Below are positions 1 to 9,870 of a DNA stretch of 33,589 nt, piece by piece. The notes under the pieces were generated by a model. The model had not been told where the DNA came from and did no database searches. It was given only the letters and a program-made list of their open reading frames with translations. Position 1 is the stretch's first letter, and each line of letters starts with the position of its first letter. Made by a program: the position numbers and the translations under genes. Origin of the DNA: Neoconidiobolus thromboides FSU 785. Its lineage: Eukaryota; Fungi; Entomophthoromycota. The stretch lies in the NCBI GenBank assembly GCA_025603075.1, contig MU626467.1, forward strand, positions 1 to 33,589. Reading direction: 5' to 3'.

Positions 1-2088
1 TATGACTAAAATTTAATATTATTTTACTAAACTTTTAATTCAAATAAGACATATTTTGAAACAAAAATCTACCATTAGCTTATTCAACTTTAAATTTAGA
101 AACAAAATGGCAAAAATACAGCCCTATATAAAAACGCAAAATCTATTATGAAAATAGTGACAGTAATATAAATAATAGATTGATTGTAGATAAAAACCAA
201 AAGAATCCTGTTTTTTTTAATTTGATATTTGTTTAAGCTGATTTTTACATGTTATTTTATTTTGATAGCACTTATCTCAAGAAATTAACGTACAACTTTT
301 TAAGTATTAAAGTGATTGTAACATATTCAACCTTACATGGGTAGCTCACTACCTCTATATCATGATTACCATGATTGGTGCCAAAAATATCATTTAGACT
401 GATATCAATAGGCTTAGCAATAACATCCTTGGAATTTTTGTTTAATTCCATCTATAAGTGCAAATTTTATTATTCCTGCTATCAGAAGAGCTACGACTGT
501 TTCTCCTAAATGACCTCCAATCGATTATTAAATCGAGTCCGTGGCTACTATTAATAATGCCTCTATTCATTTATATCATCCATTTGTATCACATGCTTAT
601 CTGCAACATATATATTAAAAATGTACCATCGATTTGTTGTCCTGGTTAAATGCTAAGCATTTGAAGCTTATTTATATTTTGAGCTGTAATTCGACCATTG
701 TTAAATCTGTACTAGGTTCTTTAATTTATTAATTTCATTCAAATTTATACAAAAAGAATTCATCAAATGATCGTTATCGTGAGCGAAACATCTGTTAGTA
801 TGAAATTAAATAGCTATGTTTAACACTTAGGGATTAATGAGTTCGAAATGGATTTTGTAAAGTATATCATTGAGGAAATATCAATCCATAGTCCAGATTT
901 TACAAGTAAAATAAATATAGCTTACTGTTTCTAACAGACGACTTATACGCAGTAGTACTTTTTTACTTTTGCTATTTTTCCTTCTCTCTATTTAATACTG
1001 AAAGTGCTTATTCTATTCTGAAATCAGTAAATGAATACAATTACTAGTGGTCTTACTTATAAAACTTTGCCACTCTTGAAGATACAGAATCTACATTGTA
1101 CACAAATCCACTATTCTCTGACCATGAAGTACATTTTTTTTTACTCAAATCGATAGTAATAGCATTACTGGAAAAGACAAATTTGAAAACGGACTGCTTT
1201 ACTTTGTCCACTTTTTATAAAACAATTCTAGCTTGAACGGGTTCTAAATTATCCTCTGATTTCAGCCATATTTAGTTATTTGACTTATACTCATTTTTTA
1301 AGACTAGTTTTCATAATACCATAATCAACATCGCTATAACGATAATAATGGAATTTACCATAGGAGTTACTATTTTGAAGTACTATTTTGAAAGCATGGT
1401 TTGGCCTATAACTAATTTTTTTAAATACAAATTTAAGGTCTACACTTTTATATATCAAATTTATGAAAAACATTATCACAAACTAAAAATAATAAAAGAA
1501 ATCTAGCTATAGGCTATTCTGACAAAATCACTAATTAACCAAATGGAAAGTCTTTTTTAGGTAGAGTTTGAGGGTCGATTTAATCCTAATATTCTGGATC
1601 CCTGTTATAATGGATAGCAGAAAACTCTAATCTGGATTATCTACTATAACAAATTATATTCAAAACCAAGTAATAATATGCTATGAGTTATTTTAAGATA
1701 AAAATGCTTTTAAATACCCTATTAATAGCACTTAAGGAATTTTAGTGATCATATGATCATATTATATTTTATTCCTAATCCATGAATACATCCTTTACAA
1801 TTAATTCCGATAATTATTATTCAAATTCTAAGCTTAAAAAATGAAAAAACATTAGCATATATAATACAATAACATACCTATTCAATATGATAAAACATTA
1901 CTTGTTTCATTTAATAGCTCTAGACAGATGATGAGATGAAATTTAAAACATTTATAATGCTGTTAGAATTTTATTTTATTTTATTCTGAAAATTAAATCT
2001 ATATACTAATTTTTTTAAAAAGAGGATATATTTGTTATCATACTAATACACATAATTGGAGTTATAAATGCTGTTGATTTAATAAAAA

Positions 2089-2194
2089 ATATGGGGATGT
2101 TTTTTTTGATTTTGCTACTTTTTCATTTTTTAAGCGCTATTTGAGTAGAAAGATTGTTAGCAAAATTCTTAAACAAAAAAATACAGCCCCATAT
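2089..2194 (-). mobile_element. MITE-like element, full-length copy (98 bp plus TSDs)
   Basis: ATAT|GGGGATGTTTTTTTT...AAAAAAATACAGCCCC|ATAT. The body is similar to 12 other copies in the window. Strand is relative to the GGGGATGTATTTT-TGTTTAAG end. Confidence 0.85.
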
Positions 2195-2310
2195 GTTAAA
2201 CAGTGGTAGTTGGATATTTTATAAAGTTACAACTGATAAATGAGCCTTTAGAAATTAAATCATTGTATAAGTGTATATGGTCATGTTTTTAATTGTTAGT
2301 TTATCTATGC

Positions 2311-2340
2311 TTTGAACTTTGAACTTTGAACTTTGAGCTT
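2311..2340. repeat. Short tandem repeat (TTTGAAC) x ~4
   Basis: tttgaac tttgaac tttgaac tttgagc tt, read directly. Confidence 0.8.
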
Positions 2341-2564
2341 AAAAGCAAACAAATTTTTTAAAACATTATTATATATCTTATAGATATTATAATCTAAATT
2401 GTATGTTTGAAAATCAAATCTTACATTGTATAATACAAATACTTTGATAACTCAAACGATTATTCTGTTTGCTTTTTGATATTGTATGTAAAAACCAAAT
2501 TAATAAAATAGTAAAAAAATGAACTAATAAATGAAAAAATATTTTAATTAAACATTAGAATGAA

Positions 2565-4610
2565 TTAACAGCTTGTAGGGTCATTATCAGGGCAGGCAAA
2601 TCCGGTTGCATAAATAGTTTGATCTAACTTGGCAATATTAAATATAGCTTGAATAACTCCACCGATACCTTCACCGGCGATTAAACCAGAAGCTAAAGCA
2701 ATACCAATTAATTTCCATTGAGTAGGGTTAACCTTATTCCATGTAAAGGCAATAAGAGCACCGATTAAATTAGCTAATGGAATATTGGCATCCTTGTTGA
2801 CAAAAGCAACTCCAATGGCATTCCAGTTAGGAATATATTGAGCGTATTTCTTGAGTATTGTATTCTTTAAGATAGTTGTAATGATAGTTAATAACCCAAA
2901 TACTAAACATGCTATTCTACATGATGGTGGTACATGTTTACCAATATCATCAGTAAGAGCAACTGCAACACCTTGCCAGGCAGCAACAGCAGGTGCAGGG
3001 AATTCACATTTAGTTATAGTATCATCAAGGATACAAGGATAAGCAGTAGCAAATACCATAAATAATACAACGCCAACAATGATACCAAATACAGTACCAA
3101 CTAATTGAGCATAAAATTGAGATTTTGGAGAGGCTTTAAGTAAATGACCAGTCTTTAAATCACCAACCATATCAACAGCTTGAGAAGCACAAGCAGATGA
3201 AATATTACCAGCAATTAAATTATGAGTTTGTGCAATTTGAATAGTTGGAGCCGGAATAGCAGCAAACACAAATTGAGAAGCTTTACCAATTACACCAGTA
3301 GGATTGATATCAGTTTCACCTGAGGACTGACACCCAATAAATGAAAAGACGAATCCTAAAATACCAGCTAAAACGCCAGCACCAACACCCATACCAAAGT
3401 AGAAATAACAAACTAAAATAGTCATAATAAAACTTAATAATAATCCAACTACCCACATCCATGTAACAATTTGTTCATCTTCTGGTACTGGATCATCGTT
3501 TGAAATACCTTCGAATTCAATACGTTTAAGTGGGGTAATTCTTGCAAGCAAGTTATTTAATTGGATGAAGCCTCCTTTAATACTATTCCATAAGGACTTA
3601 TATTGCATAAGTAATTCGGTGAATGAAGCACAAATCATAATGACAATACCAATCCATAACATCCAAAATTGAACGCGAGTGCCGTCTTTGCTATTACCAA
3701 ATGGCTTATCATGCATAACATCTGGAACATCAGAATAAAATAAAGCTGGTCCAATTATACCCCATGCTAATAAATCCCCAAAAAAGAATGAAATAGCAGT
3801 GTTCATTCCTACCATCATACCTGCACCAAAGAAGGCAGTAGTTAATTGTAAACACCACCCCCATGTTACATCGATATCAAATAATACTTGACTATTAGTT
3901 GCTGTAGAAATCCAATATAATGGATGTAACCCAACAATGAATGGTACAAAATAAGAGACAGCCTTATATATTGTACTTACTACAAAAGACCACAAAATCC
4001 ATTTAGCTTGTACCATGGCATCGGAAGAACCATCAGTATGAAGGGAACGAATTGTTAAAGCAGCAGCAGTACATGAAGGGAAAACTAAATTTTGTTGAAT
4101 AACAAAGTATCTTCTTAATGGAATAGCATAAAACAAACCAAAAAAGGCGGCAGCAAAAGTCCACAAGAAGAACATACCCCAACATTCAGATAATGGAGGT
4201 AATAAGCCTAACCTGAACATAGCAGGAACACCAGCAACAAAGCCAGCGGATAAACCACCGGAAGCAGTTGCAGCTGTTTGTACAGTACAATTTTCTTTCA
4301 TACCAAATTTACCACCACCTAAATAGGATGGTAATTTTTCCATTGATTTAATAATGGCAAAACCTAAGATAGCACCAAATAAAGCACTACCAAATGTCCA
4401 TCCGGATTTTAATCCAAGATACTGATTACTTGCTGCAACAATACAGCCTAATAAGGAACCTACAATAACGCCACGCCATGTAAATTGGGTGTCAATACCA
4501 TCATCTGGGAAGTTGTGATAATCATCACTTGCTATACTAGGAGCATCTTGTTTTATGCTATACTTTTCGATGTCTTTATCCAAATCGAAATCTTTTTCAT
4601 TAGGACTCAT
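2565..4610 (-). CDS. OPT superfamily oligopeptide/metal-chelate transporter (YSL-like clade), 681 aa, intronless
   Basis: Single long ORF with many hydrophobic helices. It contains the OPT/YSL-type segments FTWRGVIVG, ENCTVQTAATA, PLRRYFV, GETDINP, DLKTGHL and ASGLIAGEG. Confidence 0.93.
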   Translation of the reverse strand: MSPNEKDFDLDKDIEKYSIKQDAPSIASDDYHNFPDDGIDTQFTWRGVIVGSLLGCIVAASNQYLGLKSGWTFGSALFGAILGFAIIKSMEKLPSYLGGGKFGMKENCTVQTAATASGGLSAGFVAGVPAMFRLGLLPPLSECWGMFFLWTFAAAFFGLFYAIPLRRYFVIQQNLVFPSCTAAALTIRSLHTDGSSDAMVQAKWILWSFVVSTIYKAVSYFVPFIVGLHPLYWISTATNSQVLFDIDVTWGWCLQLTTAFFGAGMMVGMNTAISFFFGDLLAWGIIGPALFYSDVPDVMHDKPFGNSKDGTRVQFWMLWIGIVIMICASFTELLMQYKSLWNSIKGGFIQLNNLLARITPLKRIEFEGISNDDPVPEDEQIVTWMWVVGLLLSFIMTILVCYFYFGMGVGAGVLAGILGFVFSFIGCQSSGETDINPTGVIGKASQFVFAAIPAPTIQIAQTHNLIAGNISSACASQAVDMVGDLKTGHLLKASPKSQFYAQLVGTVFGIIVGVVLFMVFATAYPCILDDTITKCEFPAPAVAAWQGVAVALTDDIGKHVPPSCRIACLVFGLLTIITTILKNTILKKYAQYIPNWNAIGVAFVNKDANIPLANLIGALIAFTWNKVNPTQWKLIGIALASGLIAGEGIGGVIQAIFNIAKLDQTIYATGFACPDNDPTSC

Positions 4611-6554
4611 AATTATATTTTTTTGTTGAAACTTTTAATTTCATTTTTTTTAAACTTTTGCACTTATATACTTTCGGTTAGATTATTTAAATTCCCTTAA
4701 TTCTATTTTATTTTTCTGTTCCAAATTTAGTAGATTTTTTATTTAATTTCAAAATTTTTCACCTGATCTATTTTATCAATAGTTATCCTTCTATTGATTT
4801 CGATAAGAGCTAGAAAATAATGGCGTTTAAACGCATATTCGATATAAAACATGAACTACATAAATGAGGAGATATATACTTAATAGTGGAGACATACTAG
4901 GAACTATGACTAAGCGTATAAATCCTATTATATTGTTTTATAAATACCTTAATATTTTATGTTATTTAATTTAAGATCATACAATGATCAGTTGAATATT
5001 AATAGATTAAGAAATTAGCAATTGGGGACATAAAGCAATTTAACTTAAATAATATCACACTGTTCTTAAATCCAGCTTATTTTACTACTCCTTTCTATAT
5101 AAGTGGTGAATTGATTTTCTTAAAATTCCCAATTTCAAGAAAATCTCATTCTGAGTCAGTATTTAGTAATAAATTAAAGAACTATGATGTTATTCTCCAT
5201 TTATTCTTGTTAGTCAAAATGGTATTACATTAATAATATCATGTTAATATATTATATTATGTATATATCTATTATTTATTATATAAAAATAAAATAGATT
5301 ATAATTTATTAATTTAACGTAATTTGGCTATGATGATATTTTTGAATCAAATGATCATATTTAATTAACAATTTTATTAAAGTAGTATTCACTATTTATA
5401 ATTTTTTGGTCATGCTCTTAATTTTTTGATATGAGGTTCCACTAACAATTTACCTTAATTCTAAAAGAAGCTTAGTATGTGTTACTATCTTCGACATTTT
5501 CAAATTTATCGGTAATAAATCGCAAGTTATATCATTTTGAGATGCAAAAGGATTGAGTGATCCTTAAATAAGTAAGGCGCACCGTCAAGATAAAGATTCT
5601 ATAAATGAAAAGTAATTAATTACACTTATAAATAAATAAATAAGGGTTCTCAATAAAGATAATTATTTAAAAAGGTCAAAAATTATTTTATAGCATTTGA
5701 GAAAATTTATTACTAATAGCTTTTAGTTTTAACAACTATAAGTAGATCAATTTAATTCTTTGTGTACGTATATATTGTGAAAAAGTTACCTAATAAAGAT
5801 CATTTTTGGAATAGCTGCATTTCAAAAAATTCTTGAAGGTATAAAGAGTAAGTGATATATTATCTAAATAAAGATTATTAAAGAAATTCTGAAAAACAGT
5901 CTAAGGAAATATTGAACAAGATATCACAAAGAATTTGACATAGAAGCTTTATCCACATTCATTTATATGTATATTGGCTTTTAAAAGCCATCAACACGGC
6001 AAAAGTACTTCCTTATATGAATAGATCTTCAGCTTACTGTAGTTGAGAGAAGATTAATAAATAATCATTAGTCACATATGAAAATGAAATTATGGATATA
6101 AACAACTAATATAATTGGTTTGAATTAGAGTATAATATTGGCATGAGTAGGTATGAGAATATCGCTAAGGTTTGCCATGAAACTCATCGGTCAATACAAG
6201 TTTATATCTAACATAACTACGATGCTAGTTAAGTGCTAACATAAACGTACTTTTGTATATGACTTAGATGAGTTTATAAACCTTGCACATAGATAAGTAG
6301 ACAGAATAAGCATTTGAAAGATACTATATATTTTGAATATTTTAAGCATAGGGACACTATTATTATTTCATATAAAAATAGTGTCTGCTAGAACAATTTT
6401 ATCTTATATGTAATTTTTTATAATAATACCTGTTATATAGACGAAATAAGTAAATAGTACAAACAATGTTTAAAATGATGGGAGAGCTTTCATTTTTAAT
6501 AACAAAACAACACAATTCTTTTAAATATAGTTTAATTAATCCAATACAATCAGT

Positions 6555-6657
6555 ATATGGGGATGTATTTTTATGTTTAAGGATTTACTAATAATTTTTC
6601 CGCTTAAATAGTGCTTAAAAAATGGAGAAAACAATGAAGCCAAAAAACATCCAATAT
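6555..6657 (+). mobile_element. MITE-like element copy
   Basis: ATAT|GGGGATGTATTTTT...AAAAAACATCCA|ATAT. Confidence 0.85.
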
Positions 6658-6692
6658 ATGGGAGTGTTTTTTTTTAATCCAATACAATCAGT

Positions 6693-6795
6693 ATATGGGG
6701 ATGTATTTTTATGTTTAAGGATTTACTAATAATTTTTCCGCTTAAATAGTGCTTAAAAAATGGAGAAAACAATGAAGCCAAAAAACATCCAATAT
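6693..6795 (+). mobile_element. MITE-like element copy (tandem duplicate of 6555-6657)
   Basis: Identical to 6555-6657 at an offset of 138. Confidence 0.85.
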
Positions 6796-6900
6796 ATGGG
6801 AGTGTTTTTTTTGGCTTCATTACTTTTTCCATCTTTTAAGCATCATTTGAGTGAAAAAATTATTAGTAAAATTCTTAAATACAAAAATACATCCCCATAT
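6794..6900 (-). mobile_element. MITE-like element copy, tail-to-tail with the previous copy
   Basis: ATAT|GGGAGTGTTTTTTTT...AAAAATACATCCCC|ATAT. Its left ATAT overlaps the right ATAT of the neighbour. Confidence 0.85.
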
Positions 6901-6917
6901 TTTGACAGATACTTATT

Positions 6918-7019
6918 AAATGGGAGTCTTTTTTTAGTTTCATCACTTTGTTCAATTTTTAAGCACTATTTAAGTGGAAAAATTGTTAGTAAAATTAACC
7001 AAAAAAGGCATCCTCAAAT
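6918..7019 (-). mobile_element. MITE-like element copy with AAAT/AAAT TSD
   Basis: AAAT|GGGAGTCTTTTTTT...AAAAAAGGCATCCTC|AAAT. Confidence 0.82.
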
Positions 7020-7860
7020 ATTTATGTAAAAAAAGTTTCAATTTAATAACAAACAATAAATAATAAATAATACGTAAGTAAAGAAATAAAAAAATCTCTA
7101 TTAAGCTAAAAGCTAGTTTCAATGACCACACATAACATATCAATATAAGAATTAATAACAAAAATAATAAAAATAATAAGAATAATATATTAATATAAAA
7201 AATGATAATTCAAAATAAAAACTAAATAACAATTTACTTTAAGATTATAAAACTATAAAAATGTTTGTCAAAATATTAAGTGAAAGTAAATTTATAATAT
7301 ATGAAATAACTTTTATTTAGTTTTAAACCCTTTAAATTTTGTTAACTAAGGTTATAGACTATATTATATCGCTTAAAATTTTTACTATTATTACCTTAAT
7401 ATAATAATTGAAAAAATAAACCTTTTAGTTAAATCTAAGCACTATTAAAAAATTGGCTATTATTCAAGGGATGGATATATCTTCTTTAGTTCCAATCATT
7501 TGTTCATTTTTCATGTAATGAAATTATTAGATACTTTATTAGTAGAATCCTAAACAAGGGCAAATCCAAACATTAGAACATAAAATACGAAAGCTGAAAA
7601 TTACTGCGCTTCTTGCGAAAATATATTTACTTTATTATTATATATTTAAATTTTATAGTACTTTTTAAAGAAAATTTAGTGCTATATACTTACATGCCTC
7701 ACAACAAGAAAAGTATTAGCTAGAGAATGAGATAACTTTAGTGATATTTATATATTACTGATCATATAAAACTTATTAACTTATTTATACTAAAAGCTGA
7801 TCTACTACTATTATTGTTTAACTTTAAAAAATTGATTCAAATTTATAATTAAGAAACAAC

Positions 7861-7967
7861 AAATGGGGGTGTTTTTTTAGACTTCATTACTTTTTCCATT
7901 TTTTAAGCACTGTTTGGACAGAAAATTTGTTAGTAAAATTCTTAAACACAAAGATACATCCCCGAAT
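7861..7967 (-). mobile_element. MITE-like element copy
   Basis: AAAT|GGGGGTGTTTTTTT...AAAGATACATCCCC|GAAT, with one mismatch in the TSD. Confidence 0.82.
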
Positions 7968-8552
7968 AAAAACTTAACTATCTAAAATGATTAAATTATG
8001 ATTTAGTGATATCCCTGAATTAATTTCATTTTCTTATCCAATTTTTGAAAATTTTATATTTTAAAAACTTTACTCAAAATCCTGTAAATAAATTCTCTAT
8101 CAAAAACTAAAAGTACCCATGACACAGCTTTAAATTATTTTATTATAATCTAGTGAGTTTCTATTAAATTTGATAGAAATTCCTAGATTGGTAAGGGTTC
8201 TATTAATATGACCTATATACTACTGATATTGATATTAGTCGAAGCTGTATGTAAATATATACATATTCCTATAAAGCTTCACTGAAAACATTTATTAGCT
8301 GCTTTGGAGTTGATATTGCAGATTTGCTATTAAATAAATAAATAAATAATTTTAATGTTGTAATTACATCATTAGTATATTATTAAGTTAATAAGTAACT
8401 ATATAGGAGGAAGTGATTAACCCCAAAACTATGACTAACCATCCTTATATAATACAAGTAGTATAATAATTTTCATTTGTTATTATAGTTAGTTGCTTTT
8501 TGATTATTTACTAAATTAAATATTGGTAATTCAAACAATATTAATATTCAAT

Positions 8553-8654
8553 AGTTAGGAGTGTATTTTTTTGTTTAAGAATTTTACTAACAGTTTTTCG
8601 AGTCAAGTAACACTTGGGAAACGAAAAAAGTGAAACCAAAAAACATCACTAAAT
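8553..8654 (+). mobile_element. Degenerate MITE-like copy
   Basis: GGAGTGTATTTTTTTGTTTAAGAATTTTACTAACAGTTTTTC...GAAACCAAAAAACATCAC matches both halves of the consensus. The ends are eroded. Confidence 0.65.
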
Positions 8655-8902
8655 CATGATTTGATATTTCAGATAAATAGACAAAATTTATTTTGTTTAT
8701 TGTTTTTTTAAAAATATCAAATACTAAATCTTAATACTGATACAGCTTATTTATTATAATAATTAAAGTTTATTAGATCTGGGTCTGTTCTTGTTTACAT
8801 ATTTTATCTAAAGACCAAAATTATTATATAACTTTTATTATTTAATTTTTTGATGATTTTATTAAATATTGTGAAATATCGCTTTGTCAGTCCCATGATT
8901 AA

Positions 8903-9344
8903 TTATAGCATAATAATCGCCCAAGCTGTTGTGTTCTCGAGTTCAGAGAAAATCAATCCCACGTTCTTAGTTTGATTTGCTATGAGAATTTCTAGCTCCA
9001 TCCCAAAGAATATTATCTTCTCATTTTGATATTTATACTTTTCATGGTATGAAAGAGTTTGCAGAGTATAGTAGCTCGAGGCTTTCTATCTGAACTATTC
9101 CCTGATATCTCGAACATCCAATAAAGCCACTAGTTTTCTTAATAGTATTTTGCGTAGATTTGCATTAGTATTGTCTATTCTATTTGTCTTATATAGCTTG
9201 TAACCTATTACGTGGTATTCTTCATAATCCAAGTCTATCTTAGTCACATAAACTAAGACCTTTCGATTTATAGTGTAATCGACTCAGCAATAACTGTTCT
9301 TGACTCCAAATCCTGAGCGCCAGATTTTACAGTTGTTGTAAATA
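8903..9344 (-). pseudogene. Decayed reading frame of unknown origin (weakly GPCR-like)
   Basis: About 145 codons in one frame with only three internal stops, in otherwise stop-rich AT DNA: ...GFGVKNSYC*VDYTINRKVLVYV...IGYKLYKTNR...LRKILLRKLVALL... Confidence 0.3.
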
Positions 9345-9379
9345 GTTATTAAAATTAATGTAAGTGAATTACAATGTCT

Positions 9380-9485
9380 ATATGGGGATGTATTTTGTAT
9401 TTAAGAATTTTATTAACAAATTTTCCGCTCAAATAGCGCTTAAGAAATGGAAAAAAATAATGAAGTCAAAAAAACACTCCTATAT
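9380..9485 (+). mobile_element. MITE-like element copy
   Basis: ATAT|GGGGATGTATTTT...AAAAAAACACTCCT|ATAT. Confidence 0.85.
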
Positions 9486-9870
9486 AATGTGTTTGTATTA
9501 AAATTTTTAAAAATTCTATTTTGAAATTTAGTTATAAAACTTGCATTTTGTTTTTATTTTAATAAAAATTAATTTTTTAAACAAAACAATTAAAATGAGT
9601 TTTTTAAATTTGATTAATTACTTATTAAAGACTTATAAATTTAAAACTTGAAATTTGGACTAATTTTAAACTCTGAAACCAATTCGAACATCCCCATTTA
9701 TCTAGAATCATTGGAATTGTTAGGATTATAGAATAAAAATTATCAATACCATTAATACACAATAGCAAATTAATAAAAGAAAAACTGGAAATTCAAAAAG
9801 CATAAATTATAAGGATTGTAGATAAAAAGAATGTATTGATATATTTCAAAATAAAGTTAAAGTATGCCAT

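Larger units (their letters stand above)
6537..6812. repeat. Perfect 138-bp tandem duplication (6537-6674 / 6675-6812) containing a MITE copy
   Basis: The two units read identical base for base, each with flank + MITE + the first ~19 nt of the next MITE. Confidence 0.92.

Noticed and set aside
280-1480. Short ORFs and a minus-strand fragment SIGGHLGETVVALLIAGIIKFALIDG resembling an E1/ThiF Rossmann start
   Set aside because: It is flanked by stops and has no continuing similarity or consistent splice model. Too short to support a call.
1604-1650. Small imperfect hairpins with GTTATA...TATAAC arms (also near 27165-27228)
   Set aside because: Short, mismatched and expected by chance in such AT-rich DNA. 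No TSD or Helitron end motif.
5820-6070. Stop-interrupted frame with LRKY*TRY, reminiscent of the hAT transposase KYW motif
   Set aside because: The expected downstream LDPR motif is missing and the frame has many stops.
6555-7019. Clustered repeats that superficially resemble a CRISPR array
   Set aside because: The units are ~100 bp, occur in both orientations and lack unique spacers. There are no cas genes and the context is eukaryotic.
6760-7029. 89-aa ORF with an internally repeated peptide (KH[HY]LS[EG]KI[IV]SKI)
   Set aside because: It is a chance read-through of adjacent MITE copies. The same peptide appears in ORF 32954-33181, which also overlaps a MITE.
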